Shown piece after piece: positions 34,564-43,363 of a stretch of DNA of 64,000 nt. The DNA is from Thermomicrobiales bacterium (GTDB lineage Bacteria > Chloroflexota > Chloroflexia > Thermomicrobiales > CFX8). Made by a program: the position numbers and the translations under genes. Below the pieces are notes generated by a model, which saw nothing but the letters and a program-made list of their open reading frames with translations, had not been told where the DNA came from and searched no databases. The stretch spans positions 342,484-406,483 of the forward strand of contig JAWKPC010000003.1 of the NCBI GenBank assembly GCA_041390865.1. The letters are read 5' to 3'. Every line of letters starts with the position of its first letter. Position 1 is the first letter of the stretch.

Positions 34564-35139
34564 TTACTTCGTGGACGTCTGAATCTCAGCTCTAATCCCG
34601 GATACAAGCCCCTCGACATCAACCGGCTCGGGCCGAGTTGTGTCGCACTCGATGGTTAATCCGTCCAGCGCCAGCCGGTGGTCCCGCCGGAAATCTGTCC
34701 GCAGCGCGTCCATCCGGCGCTCATCCGCGTCCAGGTGAATCGGGTGGCGCTCGCCTTCCTGGTACCGGTCCATATAACGGCGCATCAGTATCTCCGGATC
34801 GCCGGAGCAGACGACCTGCACCACTCTCGCATTCCGCGCGATTGCCCGAAGATTCGGCAGGCTCAGCTCGGGATGGAAGTTCGCCTCCAGCAGGCAGCTC
34901 TGCCCCGCCTCGATACAGGCCGAGGCGGCCCGGAAGAGCAGGTAGTATGCCGCCCGACCAAGCTGCCGCGACCAACCCAGACCGGAGCCCGGCAACTCGT
35001 CGGCAAGGCACTCCTTGAAATCATCCTTGTGAAATGCGGGAACAGCCAGCATGCTCGCGATGTCGCTAGCGATAGACGTCTTCCCGGTCGCGGGCGGTCC
35101 GGTCACGATGACCAGCAGCGGCTGGCCGGAACTGCTCAA
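34564..35139 (-). CDS. P-loop NTPase/kinase (AAA_33-like)
   Basis: VIVTGPPATGKTS is the Walker A motif. 191 aa. The TTG start overlaps the LCP stop (TTGA). Confidence 0.7.
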   Translation of the reverse strand: MSSSGQPLLVIVTGPPATGKTSIASDIASMLAVPAFHKDDFKECLADELPGSGLGWSRQLGRAAYYLLFRAASACIEAGQSCLLEANFHPELSLPNLRAIARNARVVQVVCSGDPEILMRRYMDRYQEGERHPIHLDADERRMDALRTDFRRDHRLALDGLTIECDTTRPEPVDVEGLVSGIRAEIQTSTK

Positions 35140-36983
35140 CCGGCGGCCGTTTCTGCGTCCGGCTCCGGCAGCAGATCATCGGGGACGTCATCTCCGAGGA
35201 TAACGGTGATGCCATCCTCACCGGAGACGGTCACGATCGCGGAGTTCGACAATCCGAGCAGTTCGGCGATGTGCTGCGCCGTGACGAGTTCCGATGGGGC
35301 CGCCTCGATCGTCGATTGAGCCTGGGGGCGATTGGCATCGCTGGGCCAGACTTCGTCATATCCGGCATCGGCCAGAATCTGCGCGCAAGAACCGGCGAGC
35401 AGCGGGACATCCGTGGCGTTCTCGATGAACACCGAAATTGTGTAGTCCGGGTCCTCGACGCCGACGCTCGCCGAGTTGCCTGAGCTCGGCGTTTCGCCGC
35501 CGAAGTAGGCGCGGGTCTGGACCAGCACGGCATCCCAGTCGGCTGCCAGATAGTAGGCGTCTCCGTCGAACTCGGGAAGGTGTTCCGTAAGAAGTCCTTC
35601 CTCCCAGAGGTTGAGCCGGGCAATGTCATCCGGCTGGACGTTTCTTCCCAGATTCGCGAGCGCCAGCATCTCATTGAAGCTGAGATCGGTCCGGACTGTC
35701 TCCTTCATATCCTGGATAAGCGATTGGGCCTGGGTGATGAGATCGCGCGAGATCGCTTGCTCCCGGATTGCCATCAGCACTTGTTGCTGCCGCTCTGACC
35801 GTCCGATATCGCTGTCAGCATGCCGCGTGCGTACGTACTGGAGCGCCGTTTCACCATCCATCTTCTGCAACCCGGCCGAGAAGTAGACGCGGGTCAGCCG
35901 GAGGTCGTCTGTCGGATAGAGGTTGTCCGTAAGTTGGGTGTCGACATCGACGACGACTCCGCCGACGGTGTCGACCACTTCCTTGAACCCTTCGAAGTCG
36001 ATCGTGGCGAAATAGTGGATCGGTATATTGAAATTGGCCTCGACCGTCTGTGCGACGAGCGTTGGTCCCCCGCCAGGAATCTCCTCCTCGTTCGCCTCGC
36101 CGATCGGATAGGCGGCGTTGAATTTGTCCTCGCCATAGCCGGGAATGTAGACAAGCAAATCCCGAGGGATGCTCATCATCGTCACTTCGTCGGTTCCGGG
36201 GTCGATATGGACGACGATCGTCGTGTCCGACCGGGGCGGCTGGTCGTCACCGACGCGCGTATCGACACCGAGCAGGACGATGTTGATCGGTTCGTCATCC
36301 TCCCAATTCGGGAGAACCTCCTCGATCTCGGCCGACGGGACGGGAACAGCCGTACCCTCCGCATTAACCGTGTAACGGACACGATCTTTGACCGGCTCTT
36401 CATGAATCTCGCCGTACGCATCGACGCTCAGTCGCACGATGTTGAGCACGTAAGCCGTCGCCGTCGCGACGAATAGCAGGGGAACGACCATCGCAGCGAT
36501 AAACCACGTTCTCCGGCGTCGATACCAGGGCTTCGGGGGTTCGCTCGCCAGCCGCCTGCGCCGACGGCCGCCCGGGACTCTTCTGCGCCTGGCAACCGTT
36601 TGGGCCTGTTCCTGTTCGGAGGTGGGGCTTCCGGCAGTCCGTGCACGCGGTCGGGACAGCCCGCTCGCATCTCCGGCTTGCTCGGCCCGCAGCCGGGCCG
36701 CCGACGCCTCGATCCGGTGAACGTATTCTTCGAGCGAGGGTTCTTGCTCGACCGGCGGAGCGGCGTCGTCGACCGCCATCGGTCGAGGGATCGCCTCGAC
36801 GTCCCCGGTCGATCGAGGCACGAGGTCGGTTGGCTGGATCGTCTGCAGGCGGTCCAGAGGGTCCGCCCGAATCGAGCGGTCCGCGTCGGCCCCTTCGTCA
36901 CCGTGGCGCGGGACGTGGATACGGACGGCCGGCGCTCGCCGACGCTGCCCACCTCGCCGTCCGCGGTCCTGTCTACGCGGCAC
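35136..36983 (-). CDS. LytR-CpsA-Psr (LCP) family protein with LytR_C-like C-terminal domain; exact start uncertain
   Basis: NIVLLGVDTR...RSDTTIVVHIDP...MMSIPRDL LCP core. A single TM follows a long Arg-rich N-terminus. C-terminal VFIENATDVPLLAGSCAQILADAGY. Confidence 0.85.
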   Translation of the reverse strand: MPRRQDRGRRGGQRRRAPAVRIHVPRHGDEGADADRSIRADPLDRLQTIQPTDLVPRSTGDVEAIPRPMAVDDAAPPVEQEPSLEEYVHRIEASAARLRAEQAGDASGLSRPRARTAGSPTSEQEQAQTVARRRRVPGGRRRRRLASEPPKPWYRRRRTWFIAAMVVPLLFVATATAYVLNIVRLSVDAYGEIHEEPVKDRVRYTVNAEGTAVPVPSAEIEEVLPNWEDDEPINIVLLGVDTRVGDDQPPRSDTTIVVHIDPGTDEVTMMSIPRDLLVYIPGYGEDKFNAAYPIGEANEEEIPGGGPTLVAQTVEANFNIPIHYFATIDFEGFKEVVDTVGGVVVDVDTQLTDNLYPTDDLRLTRVYFSAGLQKMDGETALQYVRTRHADSDIGRSERQQQVLMAIREQAISRDLITQAQSLIQDMKETVRTDLSFNEMLALANLGRNVQPDDIARLNLWEEGLLTEHLPEFDGDAYYLAADWDAVLVQTRAYFGGETPSSGNSASVGVEDPDYTISVFIENATDVPLLAGSCAQILADAGYDEVWPSDANRPQAQSTIEAAPSELVTAQHIAELLGLSNSAIVTVSGEDGITVILGDDVPDDLLPEPDAETAAG

Positions 36984-37120
36984 CGGCTACGAGCTCCACG
37001 CTTCGAGCAGGACCTGATGCCCACGATTCCGGATGTAGACTGGACGTATCAATCTGCCTGATCTCAACCATCTTGATCCCGTGTGACGCCAGCCGATGAG
37101 TATAACAACCGGCCTGCCCC

Positions 37121-37149
37121 TTGACGCATTGGCACAGCATGTGAATACT
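37121..37149 (+). promoter_or_regulatory. Candidate sigma-70-type promoter upstream of dcd
   Basis: TTGACG (37121-26), a 17-nt spacer, then AATACT (37144-49). It lies about 108 nt upstream of the dcd ATG. Pattern match only. Confidence 0.3.
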
Positions 37150-37256
37150 GTACGTACGGTTATCGTTGCCAGCGTCCTCAACGGGCCGCCCGGCTACACA
37201 ATGCGGCGGCGGCGCAAGACGTAACGCCCCGAACCGCTCGAAGGAAGTGCGGCCTC

Positions 37257-37862
37257 ATGATTCTGTCCGATCGAGACATCAAACAGTACATCGAGAGTGG
37301 CTCGATTCGCATCGATCCCTTTCCGGATCTCGATGTCGCACTCGGTTCATGCTCCGTCGATTTCCGTCTCGGCAACACCTTCATGGTCTTCGAGCATTCG
37401 TCGTACTCCTATATCGACCCGCGCCAGCCGCAGTCGATTGGAGAGGGCATGCGCACCATCGAGATAGGCGACGAAGAGCGCTTCATCATGCAGGCAGGAG
37501 ATTTCGCCCTCGCCTCGACAATCGAGAGCCTCGAACTCTCGAACGATCTGGTCGCCCGGCTTGAAGGGCGCTCGTCAATCGCGAGACTCGGGATCACCGT
37601 CCACTCGACCGCTGCGGTGTTCGAGCCCGGTTGGGTCGGCACGGCGACGATGGAATTGTCGAATCTCGGACGCATGGCGGTCGCACTCTATCCCGGGATG
37701 AGAATCTGCTCATTCACGTTCGAGCAGCTGTCCAGCCCTGCCGAAGTGCCCTATCGGGCCAAGGAAGGCAACAAGTACGCCGGTCAGATCACGCCGAGAG
37801 CAAGCGCGCTTTCCGGCGAAGTTTCGAAGCTTACGCGAGCGGAGTTGAATGGTGCGGAATAG
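37257..37862 (+). CDS. dcd: dCTP deaminase
   Basis: MILSDRDIKQYIESGSIRIDPF...ARLEGRSSIARLGI. Confidence 0.9.
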   Translation: MILSDRDIKQYIESGSIRIDPFPDLDVALGSCSVDFRLGNTFMVFEHSSYSYIDPRQPQSIGEGMRTIEIGDEERFIMQAGDFALASTIESLELSNDLVARLEGRSSIARLGITVHSTAAVFEPGWVGTATMELSNLGRMAVALYPGMRICSFTFEQLSSPAEVPYRAKEGNKYAGQITPRASALSGEVSKLTRAELNGAE

Positions 37863-38137
37863 ATCGTTTGTTGGATACCTCATGAGCACCCAGCATCGGC
37901 TCGAGCAGATCGACAGCCGCCGTTCCCGCACCCCGAAGCCCCGCGGAAGACTGACCGTACCCCGGCGGCGTAGCGACCGACGGCCGACCCCGGCCTGGTC
38001 GCCAAGGGCGCAGGTCGAACGACGTCCGATGCGTCTCATGCGCTACGCCCGCGATCTCTGGTAAGCAAACCCGACACATCCGTATCCAATGCTGGTATCC
38101 TGCGGGCAACACGATGACGGAGACAAGTAGCGTCACA

Positions 38138-38353
38138 TTGATTGCTGCTCAGAGAGTCGCCGGAAGCTGCGAGGCGACCAGCACTGTGACGCGAAGACCC
38201 TCCCGAGTGCGAATCTGAACACCTGGAACTCAGGATTCGCCGGCTCGCCGCCGTTACCGGGCTACCGAGGACGCCGCGCGCATACCTCCGAAGCGGCGTC
38301 GAAGTGTGGTGGCACCACGGGCGCCCCCCTCGTCCACACGGCGAGGGGGTTTT
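38138..38353 (+). promoter_or_regulatory. T-box riboswitch-like leader of aspS
   Basis: Ordered elements:
- AGAGAG (38151-56)
- GAA-GAC (38193-98)
- CCGTTAC (38251-57)
- Stem III gacgccgc/gcggcgtc (38270-38300)
- T-box core TGGTGGCACCACGG (38307-20)
- 10-bp GC hairpin plus TTTT (38325-53)
- AGGAGG and the ATG at 38379. Confidence 0.6.
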
Positions 38354-38378
38354 GTGTACCCGTCAGGAGGTGTCTACC

Positions 38379-39686
38379 ATGCAGGCTGTCGAGTTTCCCT
38401 CCAGTCTGACCCCGGTCCGTGTCTGGGCCGCATCGCTGTCCGGCCATGTCGGAACGTCCGTTCAGATTGCCGGCTGGCTTCACCGCTACCGTCGGCTCGG
38501 CAGGATCAGTTTCCTGATCCTGCGCGACCGGAGTGGCCTCGCCCAGATCGTGATCGACGATCCGGCGCTCCAAACCGAGATCAGCCGGCTCGGCAACGAG
38601 AGCGTCCTCGTCGTCGAGGGTGTCGTAACATCCGAGCCGCAAGCTCCCGGTGGAGTCGAGATCCATGGCCCGCAGATCGAAGTCCTCGCGGCTGTCGATG
38701 AGCAACTGCCATTCGAGCTGTTCATGCCCGAGATTCCCGCCCAACTGCCGACGATCCTCGACCACGGCGCGATCGGGAACCGCCACCCGGAGCGGAGAAG
38801 CTACTTTCAGCTGGCCTCGGCGCTCGTTCGCGGCTTTCGGTCCGGGCTCGACGAAGCGCGGTTCACTGAGATCTTCTCGCCCAAGCTGGTCGGTTCGGCC
38901 ACCGAGAGCGGTTCGAATGTGTTCGAGATGGAGTACTTCGGCCGCTCGGCCTATCTTGCCCAGAGCCCGCAGTTCTACAAGCAAATGATGGTCGGCGTGT
39001 TCGAGCGAGTCTTCGAGGTTGGACCCGTGTTCAGGGCGGAACCGCACGACACGATCCGCCATCTCAATGAGTACGTCTCGCTCGACGCGGAAATGGGCTT
39101 CATCCTCGACCACCGGGACGTGATGGCTGTGCTCCGGGATGTCATCGCCTCGATGATTTCCGAGGCACGCTTGGTGGCAGGAGATCATTACGAGATTCCC
39201 GCCGTACCGGCCGAGATCCCGGTGATCCACTTCGGCGACGCAATGGACCTGCTCGGCCACGCGGATGGCGAGACGGACGACCTCGCACCGTCCGACGAAC
39301 GGGAACTGGGTAGATGGGCGGTCGAGGAGCACGGATCGGATTGGCTCTTCGTCAGCGGTTATCCGATGTCGAAACGTCCGTTCTACACCCACCCTGACCC
39401 GGATCGCCCCGGATACTCGCGAGGATTCGACCTGCTCTTCCGCGGGCTCGAACTGGTCACCGGTGGACAGCGGCTGCATCTGTATGCCGACTATCTGCAG
39501 GCTCTCGAGCGGCACAGTCTGAGCGCCGACGGAATGGAAGGCTATCTCGAGGCGTTCAAGTACGGTATGCCGCCTCACGGTGGCTTTGCCATCGGCCTCG
39601 AGCGATTCGTGGCGCGTCTTACGGGCGTTGACAACGTCCGGCAGGTCACCCTGTTCCCCCGAACAATGACCCGGCTCGAGCCTTAA
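38379..39686 (+). CDS. aspS: Aspartate--tRNA ligase, archaeal/type-2 (possibly non-discriminating)
   Basis: OB-fold N-terminus with IAGWLHRYRRLGRISFLILRDRSG. Class II motifs FRAEPHDTIRHLNEYVSLDAEM and GGFAIGLERFV. About 435 aa from the ATG at 38379, which has an AGGAGG RBS. Confidence 0.85.
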   Translation: MQAVEFPSSLTPVRVWAASLSGHVGTSVQIAGWLHRYRRLGRISFLILRDRSGLAQIVIDDPALQTEISRLGNESVLVVEGVVTSEPQAPGGVEIHGPQIEVLAAVDEQLPFELFMPEIPAQLPTILDHGAIGNRHPERRSYFQLASALVRGFRSGLDEARFTEIFSPKLVGSATESGSNVFEMEYFGRSAYLAQSPQFYKQMMVGVFERVFEVGPVFRAEPHDTIRHLNEYVSLDAEMGFILDHRDVMAVLRDVIASMISEARLVAGDHYEIPAVPAEIPVIHFGDAMDLLGHADGETDDLAPSDERELGRWAVEEHGSDWLFVSGYPMSKRPFYTHPDPDRPGYSRGFDLLFRGLELVTGGQRLHLYADYLQALERHSLSADGMEGYLEAFKYGMPPHGGFAIGLERFVARLTGVDNVRQVTLFPRTMTRLEP

Positions 39687-39695
39687 GATTGAACC

Positions 39696-39727
39696 AGCGG
39701 AGGGCTGCCTTATGAACGCCCTCCGCT
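39696..39727 (+). terminator. Hairpin after aspS
   Basis: agcggagggc / gccctccgct form a 10-bp stem with a 12-nt loop. No U-tract follows. Confidence 0.4.
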
Positions 39728-39760
39728 ATCGACCACCTGACAAACGGGAAGGACTACTCT

Positions 39761-40513
39761 TTGAGCGACGAAAAGAATGGCGGCGAGGACCGTCCAAGAC
39801 GGGTACTGGTTTCGATGGCCCATCCGGACGACATCGAGTTCAACTGCGGCGCGACCATTGCCAAGTGGGCGGACGAAGGACAGGAAGTCTTCTTCGTCCT
39901 CGGCACCAGCGGCGACAAGGGCAGCGACGATCCCGAGTATGACAGCGCCAAGCTCATGGAAACTCGCGAGGCCGAGCAGCGGGCCGCAGCCGATGTGCTT
40001 GGCGTCAAGGACGTCATGTTCCTGCGCTTCAAAGACGCCGAACTGATGCCGGACCTTGAGCTCCGGAAAGAAGTCACCCGGGCTATCCGCCACTTCAAAC
40101 CGGACGCCGTCGTCTGCCAGGATCCGGCCGCCCGCTACTTCGGCAACTACATCCAGCATCCTGACCACGTTGCCATGGGCGAAGCGACCCTTGCCGCGAT
40201 CTACCCGTCGGCCCGCGACCGGCTGACGTTCCCCGAGCTTCTGGCCGAGGGCTACGAGCCGCACAAGGTCACCGAGATCTACGTCAGAACCGGGAACGAC
40301 CGGGCCGACCACTTCGTCGAAATTACCGACTATCTCGACAAGAAGGCCGCGTCGCTGCGCGAGCACAAGAGCCAGCTCGGCGACTGGGATCCGCTGGAAT
40401 CGGTTACTCGCTGGGCTCGGGATACAGCCGCCGTCGCGCGGCATATGAACTACCCCGCATCTAGCGACATGAAGCACGCGGAGTCGTTTCGCTACATCGC
40501 CATGAGCCGCTAG
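39761..40513 (+). CDS. PIG-L/LmbE-family N-acetylglucosaminyl deacetylase
   Basis: VLVSMAHPDDIEFNCGATIAKW is the AHPDD motif, together with HPDH. TTG start preceded by GGGAAGGA. Confidence 0.85.
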   Translation: MSDEKNGGEDRPRRVLVSMAHPDDIEFNCGATIAKWADEGQEVFFVLGTSGDKGSDDPEYDSAKLMETREAEQRAAADVLGVKDVMFLRFKDAELMPDLELRKEVTRAIRHFKPDAVVCQDPAARYFGNYIQHPDHVAMGEATLAAIYPSARDRLTFPELLAEGYEPHKVTEIYVRTGNDRADHFVEITDYLDKKAASLREHKSQLGDWDPLESVTRWARDTAAVARHMNYPASSDMKHAESFRYIAMSR

Positions 40514-40583
40514 CGGGCATACGCTGAACGCTCCCGTTCGCCTCGTTCGATGGTCGACGGCTATCGTCCTGCTGCTCGCGCTG

Positions 40584-41630
40584 ATGATGATCGTCAGCGC
40601 GAGCGGAGCGGTCTTCCTCATCGCTTTCGACCCCGTGACGTCTCACTCTGCCGCCGACGAGACGGCCACAACTGCCGAGCGCGGCTCAGTGGTGGCGTCG
40701 ACGGATGCCAGCCCAGAAAACGGTGATTCGCGAGCTAACCCCATACCGCGCGGGGTTGCCGGATCGACCCCGAATTGGACAGTCGAGATCGACAGGGTAT
40801 CGCGTGGTGAGGAAGCCCGGCAGTTACTCGAACTTGACCGCCGTCTCCTGCCTGACACCGGCAACGGCCGGGAGCTCGTCGCCATCGGGTTACGGGTGGA
40901 AGCTCACACGACGCTCGGCGGCGATCAGATCCTCGACGGGAAGTCGTTCTCCCTCTCTGGGGAGCACGGCGTGCGGTACGACGCCCTCGATCTCCGCGGT
41001 GTACCGAAGCTGCTGGACACCCACGTTGAGCCGGGAGGCAGTGCCGACGGCTTCGTGGCGTTCAGCGTCGCTCCGGATGAGACGAATCTCATCCTCGAAT
41101 TCCGGCCAATATCGCTATCCGACCAGGATGACTGGATCTATCTCGCCGCGACCGAAGGAGCGTCGGCGACGGCAATCGACCCCGGCATCGAGGTCGCCCC
41201 TGACGGCGGCCTGGACACGACACATCCGGCACCGGCAGGAAGCTGGGTGTCAACCGGATCGGTAGCTGCAAGAGTCCTCAAAACCATCAGCGGAGCCGAC
41301 ACCCGGGCGTTCATCATCGGAGCTCTCCACGGAGACCCGGAAGACTACCCGGAAGAGCAGGGTTTCGTCGCGGTTCAGCTGGAGGTCGCCAACGTCGGCG
41401 AGGAAACCGGCTTCATTCGGATCAGCGCCCGCGCCTTCGAAGTGGCCAGTGACGTGGCCGAGATCCGCGAGGCCCTGACCGAACCGCCGATCCTCGATGC
41501 GCGACTCTATCCCGGAGGAAGGACCGAAGGCTGGCTCGTCCTTCAGGTGATCGACGAGGATCTCCCGGCCCTCGTCCTACGTGGCGCCAGACCGGGCGAG
41601 CAACGTTATCTTCACATCGGTGAAGGCTAG
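40584..41630 (+). CDS. Secreted/anchored protein with two DUF4352-like beta-sandwich segments; start uncertain
   Basis: Two similar segments: ..VAIGLRVEAHT..VEPGGSADGFVAFSV.. and ..VAVQLEVANVG..LYPGGRTEGWLVLQV... The hydrophobic N-terminus extends upstream of the first ATG. Confidence 0.55.
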   Translation: MMIVSASGAVFLIAFDPVTSHSAADETATTAERGSVVASTDASPENGDSRANPIPRGVAGSTPNWTVEIDRVSRGEEARQLLELDRRLLPDTGNGRELVAIGLRVEAHTTLGGDQILDGKSFSLSGEHGVRYDALDLRGVPKLLDTHVEPGGSADGFVAFSVAPDETNLILEFRPISLSDQDDWIYLAATEGASATAIDPGIEVAPDGGLDTTHPAPAGSWVSTGSVAARVLKTISGADTRAFIIGALHGDPEDYPEEQGFVAVQLEVANVGEETGFIRISARAFEVASDVAEIREALTEPPILDARLYPGGRTEGWLVLQVIDEDLPALVLRGARPGEQRYLHIGEG

Positions 41631-41735
41631 CGATCTCTTGACCAGGATCTCTCGGTCCGTTTGAGCTGACGGGGCGAAGCATGCGGGTCACCCTCGATGC
41701 TCGGAACGACCACCCGTTACCTACATCATGGATCT

Positions 41736-42545
41736 CTAGCTAGCGGACTTGCGGGCCACGACTTCCAGGTGGGGGCGCACCGCAGCTGGGATGTACTCGA
41801 CCGGAAGCCGGTCCGCGATTGGCCGGAGCAGCTTGCCACCGGGCAGCTTGACCATCTGCGCTTCAGTCAGTCGCGACGGCCTGAGCATCCGCATTTCGAA
41901 TCCATACCGCTCGAGCGCACCGGACAGCTCCGGGGCGGTGAACATCCACGGATGCCAGAAGTAGCTGTCGTGGAGTCCACGGAGCCTGTAGTACGCCTCG
42001 GCCACCAGGCGGTTCGGCGTCTTGATGAAATACAGCCCACGGGGCTTGAGGATCGTGGCGACCGACTCGAAGTGCTCCTCGACATCCGGCAGATGCTCGA
42101 CGACGTCGCTGCTGATGACGATGTCGAACGTTTCTGGTTGGAAGGACAACCGGGCCGCGTCCGCCAGAACGAGATCAGCTTCGGGAATGCGCCGGCTCAT
42201 TTCCAGCACGGCGGACTCGGTGATATCGCTGCCGGTAAGGTCGCTGAATCCGGCATTGTGTAGCTCCTGAAGCAGGAATCCACCTCCCGCCCCAACCTCC
42301 AGGATCGCGACATGGCGAGGCAGCCGCATGATCGCCTCAAGCAACGCCTCGGGACGGTTGTAGACATCGTAGGTGTTCGAGCGGTCGGGGTACTCGAAAT
42401 CCAGTTCCTGATAGAAGCGCTGCCGGATCTCGAACGGCACGTCCTGGCCGCGATAGCGGTCGGAGCATTCGCGGCACAGAAACGTCCTGCCGACGAACTG
42501 CTTGTTGCAGAGCAGGCAGGAACGCTCTGAACGGTCAATTACCAC
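41736..42545 (-). CDS. Class I SAM-dependent methyltransferase with N-terminal Cys4 zinc-ribbon
   Basis: CLLCNKQ...CRECSD ribbon. ILEVGAGGGFLL is SAM motif I. DIVISSDVVEHL is also present. Confidence 0.8.
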   Translation of the reverse strand: MVIDRSERSCLLCNKQFVGRTFLCRECSDRYRGQDVPFEIRQRFYQELDFEYPDRSNTYDVYNRPEALLEAIMRLPRHVAILEVGAGGGFLLQELHNAGFSDLTGSDITESAVLEMSRRIPEADLVLADAARLSFQPETFDIVISSDVVEHLPDVEEHFESVATILKPRGLYFIKTPNRLVAEAYYRLRGLHDSYFWHPWMFTAPELSGALERYGFEMRMLRPSRLTEAQMVKLPGGKLLRPIADRLPVEYIPAAVRPHLEVVARKSAS

Positions 42546-42548
42546 GAT

Positions 42549-43355
42549 TCACGCTACCTCCCGGGTCCGGAGCCGTCTGAACCAGAGACCACCGCCGATG
42601 ATAAGAATGATTCCATAGAGGGCGATCAATACCGGATCGGTGATGGCGGCGCCCACCGCTCCGCCGACTTCGTCGGACAGGATCTCACCAACGTCCGTCT
42701 GTTGATCGAACAGCGTTTGAAATCCGAGCGCGCCGCCGAGCCGCTGCCGGTCCGCACCGACCGGCCCGACCATCGCCGAGTATCCGCCGTATGGAATGCG
42801 GTCGACGGCGATCCCGTACTCCCAACCGTCCGCAGCTAGGAGACGGACCTCGATCGTCTGCCCTGCGGTAGCGTCGGGAACTTCTGAGAGTATGGCCCAG
42901 TCACCATCGAAACGCAGATCATCGAGGGTCAACGCCAGAACCTCGCCGGGTCGATCGATGTTCGCGATCTCGATCCTGACCTGGCGGTCGAATGCAAGAT
43001 CGTCCCCGGTGCGCATCGCGATCCGGATCTCCCGGAGCGTCGATTGACGGACATCCTCCGGCAGGCGGGCGATCCGCTCTTGAAGGACTTCGGGACTCGT
43101 ACCCGGGTCATTCTCGACGAGCGACGTGTATCCGGGAGCCACGATCATCCGCTGGCTCACCTCGCCGCCGAGCGGGCGCCACTCTAGCCCGTCGTAGTCA
43201 TGAGCCACCGGGGCCTGCATCCCGACCGTCTCGGTCGTACAGCCGGTCAGCAGGACCAGCAACGTGACGACCAGGGCGGGAATCCAGCGCCGTGTGACGG
43301 CTAATGAGACCCGGGTTTCAGCAGCCGGGTCGTGTTGACGACAAGTTGCGGCCAA
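42549..43355 (-). CDS. Lipoprotein-like protein with C-terminal TM anchor, unknown function
   Basis: Lipobox LLTGC, a C-terminal TM segment LIALYGIILIIGGGLWF, and no recognised family. Confidence 0.55.
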   Translation of the reverse strand: MAATCRQHDPAAETRVSLAVTRRWIPALVVTLLVLLTGCTTETVGMQAPVAHDYDGLEWRPLGGEVSQRMIVAPGYTSLVENDPGTSPEVLQERIARLPEDVRQSTLREIRIAMRTGDDLAFDRQVRIEIANIDRPGEVLALTLDDLRFDGDWAILSEVPDATAGQTIEVRLLAADGWEYGIAVDRIPYGGYSAMVGPVGADRQRLGGALGFQTLFDQQTDVGEILSDEVGGAVGAAITDPVLIALYGIILIIGGGLWFRRLRTREVA

Positions 43356-43363
43356 TCCTCACC

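Noticed and set aside
38262-39578. 438-aa ORF antisense to aspS. Similar long antisense or out-of-frame ORFs occur elsewhere: 274..1332 (+), 1299..2618 (+), 9566..10921 (-), 19990..20976 (-), 35820..36476 (+), 56665..58008 (-), 59667..60962 (-), 60902..62065 (-).
   Set aside because: Their translations are Arg/Gly/Asp/Pro-rich with no recognisable motifs. Each lies opposite or out of frame to a gene with clear family signatures. These are typical shadow ORFs of high-GC DNA, where stops are rare.
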